This document shows positions 25,810-35,206 of a stretch of 64,000 nt of DNA, one piece after another. Each line of letters begins with the position of its first letter. Position 1 is the first letter of the stretch. Below the pieces are notes generated by a model that worked only from the letters and a program-made list of their open reading frames with translations, was not told the DNA's origin and made no database searches. Origin of the DNA: Bacteroidota bacterium (GTDB taxonomy: Bacteria; Bacteroidota; Rhodothermia; Rhodothermales; JBCDJV01); NCBI GenBank assembly GCA_038747425.1, contig JBCDJV010000007.1, positions 9,164 through 73,163 of the forward strand, in the 5' to 3' direction. The position numbers and the translations under genes were made by a program.

Positions 25810-27638
25810 TCGACCGTCACGCTCTTGGCCAGGTTGCGCGGCTTGTCCACATCGTGGCCGCGGATCAGGGCCGCGTAGTAGGCAATGAGCTGGAGCGGGA
25901 TCGTGGTGAGGAACGGCGAGAGGAGCGGCAGCGTCCGCGGCACGGTCAGCACATCGTCCGCGATGGCCGCGATCTCGTGGTCGCCTTCGGTGGCAATGGC
26001 CACCACGCGGCCCCGGCGGCTACGGATCTCCTCTATGTTGGAGCGCACCTTGTCCGTCAGGTGGTCCTGCGGGGCCACCACCACCACCGGCATCCCGGCG
26101 TCGATGAGGGCGATGGGGCCGTGCTTCATCTCAGCGGCTGGCAGGCCCTCGGCGTGGATGTAGCTGATCTCCTTCAGCTTGAGGGCCCCCTCCAGCGCCA
26201 CCGGGTAGTTGACGCCCCGGCCCAGGTAGAGCCAGTTGTCGCGCTCGACGAGCTGTTCCACCAGCGCGCGGACCTGGTCCTTGAGCTGCAAGGCGACCTC
26301 CACCTGATCCGGGATGGCTCGGAGTGCGTCCAGCAACACGGCGGTGCGGGCGGGCGAGAGGTGGCGCCGCCGCCCCATGTCCACCGCCAGCAGCGTGAGC
26401 ACGGCCAGCTGCGCCGTGAACGCCTTCGTGCTGGCCACCCCGATCTCGGGGCCCACGCGGAGGTACACCCCGGCGTCGGTCTCCCGGGCGATGGTGGAGC
26501 CCACCACGTTGACGATGCCCAGGGCCGTGGCACCCTTGGTCTGGATTTCCTCCAGGGCCGCCAGCGTGTCGGCCGTCTCGCCGGACTGGCTGATGACGAG
26601 GCCGAGCGTGCCCTCCTCGATGATGGGGTTGCGATAGCGGAGCTCGCTCGCGTACTCGACCTCGGTGGGGACGCGGACCAGCTCCTCGAACAGGTACTCG
26701 CCCACGAGGGCCGCGTGCCAGGCGGTGCCGCAGCCGGTGAGCAGGAGACGGCGGCACCGCGCCAGCTCGGACTCCAGGCCGACCAGCCCGCCGAGGTGCA
26801 CCCGCCCTTTGCGCAGGTCGATCCGCCCGCGCAGCGTGGTGCGGAGTGCCTCCGGCTGCTCGTCGATCTCCTTGAGCATGTGATGCTCGTACCCCGCCAA
26901 CTCGATCTGCTCCAGCGTCGTCTCCAGCTCCTCCACGGCCGGGGCCACGGGCTCCGCATCGATCGTGGACAGCGTCATGCCGTCCGGCCCGAGGCGTACG
27001 ATCTCGTGGTCTTTGAGGTAGATCACCTGCCGGGTATGCTCCACCAGCGCGTTGCCGTCGGACGCGATCAGAAACTCGTCCTCGCCCAGCCCCACGATCA
27101 GGGGGCTGCCTCGACGAGCGGCCACGAGCGTGCCGGGCTCGTCGGCACTCACCACGGCCACGCCATAGGTGCCGACGACCTCGCGCAGGGCGTTACGGAC
27201 GGCCTCCAAGAGATCGCCCAGGTCGTGGTAGAGCAAGCCCACGAGGTGCACCAGCACCTCGGTGTCGGTCTCACTGTGGAACACGACGCCCTGCTCCTCT
27301 AGGTAGGTGCGCAGGGCCGCATGGTTCTCAATGATGCCGTTGTGCACGAGCGCAATCCGCCCGCTGGCGTCGAGGTGGGGGTGGGCGTTGCGCTCCGTGG
27401 GCGGCCCGTGGGTGGCCCACCGCGTGTGGGCGATGCCCGTGGCGCCGGGCGCCGGCTGGGCCTCCAGGGCGGCTTCCAGCTCCGCCACGCGGCCGGCTAC
27501 GCGGCGCGTCTGGAGCCCGTGGCCGTTGAGCACCGCCACCCCGGCGGAGTCGTAGCCCCGGTATTCGAGGCGCTTGAGGCCGTTGACCAAGATGTCAGCC
27601 GCCTGTTTGGCGCCCACGTAACCGATGATGCCACACAT
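25806..27638 (-). CDS. glmS: glutamine--fructose-6-phosphate aminotransferase
   Basis: It has the MCGIIGYVG N-terminal Cys nucleophile (ATG at 27638), two SIS domains, and the C-terminal DVDKPRNLAKSVTVE. Confidence 0.96.
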   Translation of the reverse strand: MCGIIGYVGAKQAADILVNGLKRLEYRGYDSAGVAVLNGHGLQTRRVAGRVAELEAALEAQPAPGATGIAHTRWATHGPPTERNAHPHLDASGRIALVHNGIIENHAALRTYLEEQGVVFHSETDTEVLVHLVGLLYHDLGDLLEAVRNALREVVGTYGVAVVSADEPGTLVAARRGSPLIVGLGEDEFLIASDGNALVEHTRQVIYLKDHEIVRLGPDGMTLSTIDAEPVAPAVEELETTLEQIELAGYEHHMLKEIDEQPEALRTTLRGRIDLRKGRVHLGGLVGLESELARCRRLLLTGCGTAWHAALVGEYLFEELVRVPTEVEYASELRYRNPIIEEGTLGLVISQSGETADTLAALEEIQTKGATALGIVNVVGSTIARETDAGVYLRVGPEIGVASTKAFTAQLAVLTLLAVDMGRRRHLSPARTAVLLDALRAIPDQVEVALQLKDQVRALVEQLVERDNWLYLGRGVNYPVALEGALKLKEISYIHAEGLPAAEMKHGPIALIDAGMPVVVVAPQDHLTDKVRSNIEEIRSRRGRVVAIATEGDHEIAAIADDVLTVPRTLPLLSPFLTTIPLQLIAYYAALIRGHDVDKPRNLAKSVTVE

Positions 27639-27916
27639 AGAGATGCAGAATGGGGAGAGGGAAGGTCTTCCACATACGCGGCCATCCGTCCTGGTTCCGG
27701 CGCGGTGGCGTGAAGCCAACGATTTCCTGGGTCCACCCACCGAAAGGGTGGTCTCGCTGGAGAAGAGCACAACGAGGCCCACGCAACAACGCCCTCACCG
27801 TAACCTAGCCAGAGATGGTCCGTCTGAGAAACCATCGTCTGCCAGCCACTCCCCGAGGCCGCACCGCCACGTAGGCCGCAGGCGTTCCCCTCCCCCTCAA
27901 CACCCTCGTTGACACC

Positions 27917-29761
27917 ATGACGCACTCCAGGCGCTGCACGTCCCTGCTCGTTCTCCTGAGCCTATGTTGCACGTCCACCGGCCTCAGCCAAGACCGATCG
28001 GAGGGGCTGATTCAGCGGCTTGAACAGTACCTCGATGATCATCAGATCCCAGGCCTCATGGTCAGTGTGGTCCAGGCCGACACCGTGGTGTATGCGGGCG
28101 GCGTCGGGTACGCCGACCTCGAGACCTGTGAGCGGGTTACCGCCCAGCACCTCTTCCGTCAGGGATCGATCTCGAAATCCTTCACCGCGCTGGGGCTGTA
28201 TGCCTTGCTCAAGGATACCCCGTACGGCTTGGACAGCCCCCTCAGCGAGATCGACCCAACCCTCCCCTTCACCAATGCCTGGGAGGACACGGATCCGGTC
28301 CGGGTGGTGCATCTCTTGGAACACACCTCAGGCTTCGAGGACTTCCACCTTCATGCCATGTACAACACCAGCGACAGCACGATGCCGCCCACCGCCCACA
28401 TGGTGGCCGACCACCGTCAGTCGCTGACGTCCCGGTGGCTGCCCGGTACGAGGAAGGCCTATTCGAACCCAAACTACGTGGTGGCCGGGCATGTGATCGA
28501 GCACCTGGCGGGCGCTCCTTTTCATCACGCGGTCAGCGCCTACGTCCTTGCGCCCTTGGGCATGGAGACCGCGGGCTTCTACTTCAAAGAACCGACGGAT
28601 CGGCCGTTCGCCACCGGGTATCAGCGTCGGGATGGGGCGCTGCACGCGATTCCGTTTGCGACGATCAACGGCAGTCCGGCCGGGGACTTCAGTGCCAATG
28701 CAAATGACATGGCCGCCTTCCTCCAGCGTATGTTGAGGAAAGACCACCCCCTGTTCGACGAGGCCGATTATGATCGAATTGAGACACCTCAGACCAGCCT
28801 AGCGGCCGCGCAGGGCCTGTCCTATGGATACGGGCTGGGCCTCTACGCCATCTGGAAGCAGGGCTACCTGTTCCATGGACACGGGGGCCAGATCGATGGG
28901 TTTGCCGCCCGGTACGTCTATTCGAGAGAAGCGGACCTGGGGATCGCCCTCGCGATGAACCGCAACGGGGATGCCAATGCCGTCCTCGACGAAATCCTGG
29001 ATCATCTGATCCCCTCCCCCATGCAAGCCAGCGGGGCGAGAGCCACCTTCCCCATTCCAGACGCTATCCAGGCCGCCTTCGCTGGCTTCTACGAGTTCAA
29101 AAGCCCCAAGAGCAATTTGCTGGCTTTCTCAGATCGGATGCTGGCTGGCCTGACGCTCGACTTTGCCGGTGACGCCGTGGTTACCCGCACCCTGCTGGGG
29201 AAGGCCAAAGACACCTTGCACTATGCTGGAGAGGGACAGTTTTACCTGAATAACGAGGGCGTGCCCTCGGTGGCCCTGATCGAATCGGTAACGGGTCCAC
29301 CGGTCCTCTGGATCAACGATCAGTACACCGAGCGGGCGTCGCGGGCGCGGCGCCTAGCCATCTTCTTTGGACTGCTCGGTTCGTTTCTGCTCTTGTTCTC
29401 GTTTGGTGTCTACAGCGTGGGGTGGCTGCTTGTCAATAGGGTGCGAGCTGCACAAACCAACCCCGTCAATCACCTGGTGCTGCTGGGCTTTGGTGTTTGC
29501 CTGGTCCTGATGTTCGTGGGGTTCGGGTTTACGATGAGTGCGCCGGCCACCTCAAAGGAGCTCACCCTCTCCGCTGGCGTCATGTACGGAAGCTCCTATG
29601 CGCTCATCGTACTGTCCCTGCTCTCCGTTCAGCGGTGGTTCAACCTCCCCGCTCGTCTTGGCTTCAGGGCCTTCTACGTGCTGACCTCAATGGGGACGCT
29701 GGCCATCACCGTGTACCTCTGGCAAATCGGGTTCATCGGCCTGAAGCTGTGGAGCTACTGA
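27917..29761 (+). CDS. serine hydrolase (beta-lactamase/PBP4-type family) with C-terminal multi-TM region
   Basis: It has a signal peptide, the SxxK motif (GSISKSF), a YxN motif (AYSNPNY), and four hydrophobic C-terminal helices. Confidence 0.8.
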   Translation: MTHSRRCTSLLVLLSLCCTSTGLSQDRSEGLIQRLEQYLDDHQIPGLMVSVVQADTVVYAGGVGYADLETCERVTAQHLFRQGSISKSFTALGLYALLKDTPYGLDSPLSEIDPTLPFTNAWEDTDPVRVVHLLEHTSGFEDFHLHAMYNTSDSTMPPTAHMVADHRQSLTSRWLPGTRKAYSNPNYVVAGHVIEHLAGAPFHHAVSAYVLAPLGMETAGFYFKEPTDRPFATGYQRRDGALHAIPFATINGSPAGDFSANANDMAAFLQRMLRKDHPLFDEADYDRIETPQTSLAAAQGLSYGYGLGLYAIWKQGYLFHGHGGQIDGFAARYVYSREADLGIALAMNRNGDANAVLDEILDHLIPSPMQASGARATFPIPDAIQAAFAGFYEFKSPKSNLLAFSDRMLAGLTLDFAGDAVVTRTLLGKAKDTLHYAGEGQFYLNNEGVPSVALIESVTGPPVLWINDQYTERASRARRLAIFFGLLGSFLLLFSFGVYSVGWLLVNRVRAAQTNPVNHLVLLGFGVCLVLMFVGFGFTMSAPATSKELTLSAGVMYGSSYALIVLSLLSVQRWFNLPARLGFRAFYVLTSMGTLAITVYLWQIGFIGLKLWSY

Positions 29762-29771
29762 GCATGCGGTC

Positions 29772-30488
29772 CTAGGGGCGGCAGGGGAGGTTGGGCTGCG
29801 GGCAGAACGTGCCCGTGGGGTCGATGCGTACGTCGAAGGCGTTGGACACCGCGAGCGAGTCCGGCAACCGGCAGTTGGCACTCCCCCGGCACTGCTGTAG
29901 CTCGAAGCGGATCTGCATGCGCCCCTCCCGCACGCCGAAGGCCTCGCCCGTCCGTCCGTCGAACGCGTTAGGACCCGAGAGGAGCATGGTATCGACCCGC
30001 GTGGCGCCAGGAGCTAGCGCTAGCTGCCGGTTGTGCCCCACGCAGGCCCAGCCCGGGTCGTAGGCGGCCCCCTCGGAGACCTCCGCGCCCTCCGAGGCCG
30101 AGACGAGCCGCACGGCGTAGATGGGGTGCCGGTTGTTCGGGCGGCAGTTGTCTAGGTACAGCGTGTCCGGGTACGGGTTGGTGAGCTGCGTGACGAGCTC
30201 GAAGGCATAGCCGCGCTCGTCTTGGCGGGTCCAGACCCAGTAGGCGTCGTACGCCGTCTCGTCCGTCTGGATCAGGGCCGACAGATCGCGCTCGGGCTCG
30301 CGGGGTTGCTCTTCAAAGTCGAAGAGGGCGCAGCCACTCAGCAGCGTCGGCCCCAGCAGGATAGTGGCCACCAAGGGACCCCAAAAGGCCCGGAACGTGC
30401 GGGGACCCGTCATCGAATCCAAGGGGAGGAGAAAGAGGAACATCGTAAGATACGGGCTGGCCATGACGGCTTCGAGGGCCTTCCGCAT
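29772..30488 (-). CDS. hypothetical lipoprotein
   Basis: The lipobox is LLSGC after a hydrophobic leader. The probable start is the ATG at 30488 or 30464 rather than the track start at 30647. Confidence 0.55.
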   Translation of the reverse strand: MRKALEAVMASPYLTMFLFLLPLDSMTGPRTFRAFWGPLVATILLGPTLLSGCALFDFEEQPREPERDLSALIQTDETAYDAYWVWTRQDERGYAFELVTQLTNPYPDTLYLDNCRPNNRHPIYAVRLVSASEGAEVSEGAAYDPGWACVGHNRQLALAPGATRVDTMLLSGPNAFDGRTGEAFGVREGRMQIRFELQQCRGSANCRLPDSLAVSNAFDVRIDPTGTFCPQPNLPCRP

Positions 30489-30630
30489 GGACCCGGACGT
30501 GGCACTCCCTCCCCGTGAAGCGCCTACATCTTCACACGTTCTCACAGAGATAGCATGCACCCTCAGGCCCGACTGCGCGTTGGTTGTCCGTTTGACCTCA
30601 TTGCTCCGCCTTCGATTCCCCGGTGCCTTC

Positions 30631-32286
30631 ATGCCCACCTCTTTCACAGCGCTCCCCCTTCACCCCGCCCTCCAGCAGGCCATCGCCGACCAGGGCTACA
30701 CGGCCCCGACCCCCATCCAGGAGGCCCTGATTCCGCTCTTGTTGGAAGGCCGCGACGTGGTAGGCCGGGCGCAGACCGGCACGGGGAAGACGGCAGCCTT
30801 TGCGTTGCCCCTCCTCCACCAGCTGAACGTGGGGGCCGGCGTGGTCCAAGGCCTCGTCCTCACCCCCACCCGTGAGCTGGCGCTCCAGGTGACCCGCGCC
30901 CTCCACACCTACGGCGCCCACCTGCGCGCCCGCACCGTGACGGTCTACGGCGGCCAGCCCTATGGCCCGCAGATCAAGCAGCTCCGGCGCGGCACGGACG
31001 TGGTCGTGGGCACCCCAGGCCGTCTCATCGACCTCATGGAGCGCGGCGTGCTGGACCTGGGCCATGTGCAGACGGTAGTGCTGGACGAGGCGGACGAGAT
31101 GCTCAGCATGGGCTTCGTGGACGACATCGAGACCCTCCTGCAAGCCACGCCTTCCACCCGCCAGACGGCCTTCCTCTCGGCCACGCTGCCCAAGGCCATC
31201 CGGCAGCTGTGCACCCGCTATCAGCAGGACCCCGTGGTGTGCGAAATGAAGCACGTGCAGGCCACCGCGGATCAGATCGAGCACCGGCACCACCTGGTCC
31301 ACCAGCACGACAAGATAGCGGCCCTGACGCGCCTCTTCGAGGCCGAGCCCATCGAGAGCGCCCTCGTCTTCGCCCACACACGGGACCGGACGGACGCCGT
31401 GGCCCTGGCCCTGACCGAGCGTGGCTACCCCGCCGAGTCCCTGCACGGCGGCATGAGCCAGCAGGCCCGCGAGCGCGTGCTCCGGCGCTTCCGCGACGGT
31501 CAGCTGTCCGTGCTGGTCGGCACCGATGTGGCCGCGCGGGGCCTGGACATCGACGACATCACGCACGTCTTCAACCACGACCTGCCGCGCGACCCCGAGG
31601 TGTACGTCCACCGCGTAGGCCGCACGGGCCGAGCCGGCCGTACGGGGACGGCCATCTCGCTGGTGGCCCCGCACGACAAAAGCCGCCTGCGCCGGATTGA
31701 GCGGTTCATCAAGCAATCCATCCCCGGGCGTCCGCTTCCTACGGCCGAAGACCTAGAGGCCCGCCGCACCCAGGCCCTCGTGGACCGCGTAGGCGTCTGG
31801 CTCCGTCGGGGCCGGTGTACCGCCGAGCGCACGCTGATCGATGGCCTGGTGGCCGAGGGTCATGACGTGGCCGCCGTCGCAGCGGCGGCGCTGAAGGTAG
31901 CCCGCGAGGCCACAGAGCCCAAGCAACCCGTGGCGCCTGTGCAACCCGTCGAGGCCCGCCCAGCCCGGGGCGGCGGCAAGCGCCCACCCGCTCGACGTGC
32001 GTCCGCGCCTGGACGCCCCGACCGCCGGGACCGGAATCACCGGGACCGGGATCACGACATGGTGACGCTGAAGCTGAACACGGGCCATGCCCACGGCATC
32101 CACCCCAAGCACATCGTGCGGAGCCTCGCCGAGAATGGCGGCATCCCGGGCCGCGTCATCGGCCGGATCGACATCCAGCAGCACCACACGCACGTGGACG
32201 TGCCCGCCTCGTACGTGGACCGGGTGCTCGCCCAGCCGAAGCCCTACCCGATGAACGCCCGCCAGGTGACGGTAGACCGCGCCTGA
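30631..32286 (+). CDS. DEAD-box ATP-dependent RNA helicase (DeaD/CsdA-like with DbpA-type C-terminal RNA-binding domain)
   Basis: It has the Q motif (GYTAPTPIQ), AQTGTGKT, DEAD (VLDEADEM), SAT and HRVGRTGRAG. The ATG is at 30631. Confidence 0.93.
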   Translation: MPTSFTALPLHPALQQAIADQGYTAPTPIQEALIPLLLEGRDVVGRAQTGTGKTAAFALPLLHQLNVGAGVVQGLVLTPTRELALQVTRALHTYGAHLRARTVTVYGGQPYGPQIKQLRRGTDVVVGTPGRLIDLMERGVLDLGHVQTVVLDEADEMLSMGFVDDIETLLQATPSTRQTAFLSATLPKAIRQLCTRYQQDPVVCEMKHVQATADQIEHRHHLVHQHDKIAALTRLFEAEPIESALVFAHTRDRTDAVALALTERGYPAESLHGGMSQQARERVLRRFRDGQLSVLVGTDVAARGLDIDDITHVFNHDLPRDPEVYVHRVGRTGRAGRTGTAISLVAPHDKSRLRRIERFIKQSIPGRPLPTAEDLEARRTQALVDRVGVWLRRGRCTAERTLIDGLVAEGHDVAAVAAAALKVAREATEPKQPVAPVQPVEARPARGGGKRPPARRASAPGRPDRRDRNHRDRDHDMVTLKLNTGHAHGIHPKHIVRSLAENGGIPGRVIGRIDIQQHHTHVDVPASYVDRVLAQPKPYPMNARQVTVDRA

Positions 32287-32347
32287 CGGACGGCCCGTCA
32301 GCCCACGGCCAGAGGCGCCCGTACGCGCCATGGCCCACCGTTCCTCG

Positions 32348-34996
32348 TCAATCTCGCCGCAGGACCTCCGCCGGATTCGTCCGTACGAGGTGACCCAGCT
32401 GCGTCGCTAACGTCAGCAGGGCGGTGATCAAGATGACACCGCAGGCCAGCAAGAAGGGTCCGACGCCCAGCGGCGGACGGTAGGCGTAGACCTCGTTCAG
32501 CAGCGTGTGGAGGGCTACGTATGCCAGTGGAAGCGCAAGACCGGCAGCCACCAAAAGGAGGATCAGGAACCCTCGGTTGACGCGGATGGCCACCTGCGGG
32601 ATCGAGGCGCCCAACACCTTGCGGATACCGATTTCCTGCATACGCTGAGCGATGTTCTGCGAGGCCAGGCCAAAGAGGCCCATGCACGAGATCAGAAGCG
32701 CCATCGCCGCGATGAAGGCAAAGAACGTGGCCATCCCTGCCATCTCCCGATCAACCTCGGCGAACACCTCGCGCTGCAGAAAGATATCGGACGGTAGCGC
32801 CGGGTGACGGTCTGCCCACAGCGCCTGGAACGCGTCTACGGTGGCCAGGTCCGTGCCGGGGTCAACGCGGGCGGTCAGGTACCGCGCTTGCTCGTCCTCG
32901 GCTTGCCGGAACAGGGTGGGCTCAATGGCGGATTCGAAATCTTCGTAGTGAAAGTCCGCCACCACGCCAATCACCGTGTAGGTGGTGCTGTCGTAGCGCA
33001 CCTGTTGGCCCAGCGCGCCCTCGGCCGTCCAGTCCTGCGCCCGGGCGAAGGTCTCGTTGACCAGGGCCGTTGCGGCCTCCCCACCACGCTCCGCCTCGAA
33101 CGCCCGCCCAGCCTGCAGGGGGATCCCGAGCACCGAGAAGAACCCCGTCCCCACCTCGAACAGGCTGGCCTCGACTTTAGCGCCAGCCACGTCGACGACC
33201 CCGAACCCATCGCGGCGGCCCGGATGATGCACGCCACCCGTCACCGCCTGCACCGACGGCATCTGGCGGATCTCTTGGGCGAGGGGGCCGAAGTGGCCGT
33301 CTTCCCGAAGCACCATCACGACCAGGTTCTCCCGTTCGTAGCCCCACGGCTGCGACGTCTGGTAGGACGCGTTCTGGAAGAACAGAAACCCGGCCACGGC
33401 GGTGATGAAGGTGAGGACAAACTGGAACGTCAGGAGCGAGCGGGTGAACCAACGTTTGCGGCCGCTGATCGGCTCGTGGCGGAGGATGGCCGTGGGCTGA
33501 AAGCGTGAAATGTACAGGGCCGGATACGCGCCAGAGAGCAGGCCAATCAGCGTGAGTAGCCCCGCCAGAAAGACCCACGAACGCACGTTCCCGCCCAGGT
33601 CTAGCGTCATGGGGGTGCCGCCGTCATTGAACAGCGCAAAGAAGCCGGGCAGAAACAAGGTGGCCGCCAGGCCAATCCCCAGCACGAGGGCCAACAGGCA
33701 TAGCAGGACGTTCTCACACAGAAACTGAAGCACCAGCTGCGAACGCTTGCCCCCCACGACCTTGCGCACGCCGATCTCCTTAAGCCGCCGCTGGACTGTA
33801 GCGATGGCGATGTTGATGTAGTTGGTACAGGCCAGCGCCAACAGAAAGGCCGCGATCAGGACGAGCAGGAGATAGCCCGTCAGGGACTCCCCTCCCGAAA
33901 TGTCCGCCCGCACGTTGGACGAGTTTCGTGACAGGCTGTAGAGGTCGTCGAATACAAACGCCTCGATCGCCCAGTCTTCGCTGGCCGCGTTCTGCAGGGT
34001 GCGGTACCGCTCCATGTTCTCGGCGATGGCCGGCAACGCCTCTGCGTCGCGCAGTTTGATGAACGTGGCCGTCGTGAATGCGCCCCAGTCATCGGGCTTG
34101 GGGCCAGGATGATCGTAGAGGTGCTCGTACGGGATGAGCAGGCGGAAGGCAAAGCTCGCTGCCTGCGGAAAGGGCTCGGCCACGCCCCGGACGGTGTAGA
34201 CCTCCTGCCGGTCGCCGAAGGTGAGCAGCACCGTGGCGCCCATCGGGTTCTCGTCCCCGAAGTACTTCCTGGCGATGCGATCGCTGAGGATCACGGCATC
34301 CGATTCCTGCAGGGCCGTGGTCTCGCCGTAGCGCAGCGGGAAGTGGAACACGTCCAGGAACGCCGGATCGGCGTACCGCACGTGCTCGAAGAACACCTTG
34401 CCGTTGGCCTGCATCGTGGTGCGCCCGGTTTCGACGCGCACGGCCTGCTCAATCTGCGGAAAGTCTGCGGCCAGCGCGGGGCCCAGGGGATAGGGGGACC
34501 GCCCCCACGTCTGCGACCGCCCCTCGCGGTCGATCACGTGCTCGACCAAGAAGATCCGCTCCCCATCGGGGTGAAACCGATCGCTCTGCAGGCCGAGATC
34601 GATGTACGTGTAGACGACCAGCGTACACCCCACGGCCATGGCCAGCCCCACGATGTTGATCACGGACGAGGCCTTGTTGCGGAGCAACGTGCGATAGGCG
34701 AGCCGCACATAGCTCGTGGCCATGGCCCGCCAGATGTCCAGTTCCTCCTTGATGGACCCGCGCTGCCGCACCTTCTGCCAGTGCACCTTCCCGTATTCGT
34801 GCTCCGCCTCAGCCAGGCCACCCATCTCGGCCGCGGCTTCTCGGAACGCCGCCTCCGGGGTGTGGCCCGCGGCCACCAGATCCTCCACCTGATCGCGTAG
34901 GTGGCGCTCCATCTCATCGAGATCGGCGTCAGAGAAGGTGCGGGTATGCGTGAACTGATGGCGCCACGTGGCCAGCGCTGTGTCGAGGTTGAACAT
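32348..34996 (-). CDS. duplicated FtsX/MacB-type ABC transporter permease with N-terminal 'permease prefix' helix
   Basis: This 882-aa protein has two MacB-like periplasmic regions, each followed by an FtsX 4-TM module (IGIRKVLGAS, IGVRKVVGGKR). Confidence 0.85.
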   Translation of the reverse strand: MFNLDTALATWRHQFTHTRTFSDADLDEMERHLRDQVEDLVAAGHTPEAAFREAAAEMGGLAEAEHEYGKVHWQKVRQRGSIKEELDIWRAMATSYVRLAYRTLLRNKASSVINIVGLAMAVGCTLVVYTYIDLGLQSDRFHPDGERIFLVEHVIDREGRSQTWGRSPYPLGPALAADFPQIEQAVRVETGRTTMQANGKVFFEHVRYADPAFLDVFHFPLRYGETTALQESDAVILSDRIARKYFGDENPMGATVLLTFGDRQEVYTVRGVAEPFPQAASFAFRLLIPYEHLYDHPGPKPDDWGAFTTATFIKLRDAEALPAIAENMERYRTLQNAASEDWAIEAFVFDDLYSLSRNSSNVRADISGGESLTGYLLLVLIAAFLLALACTNYINIAIATVQRRLKEIGVRKVVGGKRSQLVLQFLCENVLLCLLALVLGIGLAATLFLPGFFALFNDGGTPMTLDLGGNVRSWVFLAGLLTLIGLLSGAYPALYISRFQPTAILRHEPISGRKRWFTRSLLTFQFVLTFITAVAGFLFFQNASYQTSQPWGYERENLVVMVLREDGHFGPLAQEIRQMPSVQAVTGGVHHPGRRDGFGVVDVAGAKVEASLFEVGTGFFSVLGIPLQAGRAFEAERGGEAATALVNETFARAQDWTAEGALGQQVRYDSTTYTVIGVVADFHYEDFESAIEPTLFRQAEDEQARYLTARVDPGTDLATVDAFQALWADRHPALPSDIFLQREVFAEVDREMAGMATFFAFIAAMALLISCMGLFGLASQNIAQRMQEIGIRKVLGASIPQVAIRVNRGFLILLLVAAGLALPLAYVALHTLLNEVYAYRPPLGVGPFLLACGVILITALLTLATQLGHLVRTNPAEVLRRD

Positions 34997-35206
34997 GAAA
35001 TCCTGGTCTGGAGAGGGGCCTAGGTCTGATCCCGACCTAGTTGTAGGTCCAATTACGACATAGAGCGGAGATGGTTACGTATTCGTCGAAAAGAGTGGGC
35101 TCTCCGTGGGACCGTCCTCACGGGCCCTGGCGCCCTCCTTCAACAAAAAGAGGCCGCCCAAGCATTGGGCGGCCTCTCTCGTTGGTGCGCGGGACCCTCT
35201 ACGGGT

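Noticed and set aside
27639-27916. I looked for a glmS ribozyme in the 5' leader of glmS.
   Set aside because: I could not recognise the conserved glmS ribozyme core by eye, and the element is mainly known from Firmicutes and Deinococcus-type lineages. A covariance-model scan (Rfam RF00234) would be needed to be sure.
25806-30647. The track shows long N-terminal extensions on glmS (to 27782), the lipoprotein (to 30647), the DEAD-box helicase (from 30364), clpC (from 50438), ppk (to 24690) and others.
   Set aside because: Conserved N-termini (MCGIIG for glmS, MPTSFTALPL with the Q motif, MEGNFSNRV for ClpC, signal peptides) begin at internal ATGs. The extensions are GC-rich read-through of upstream non-coding DNA.
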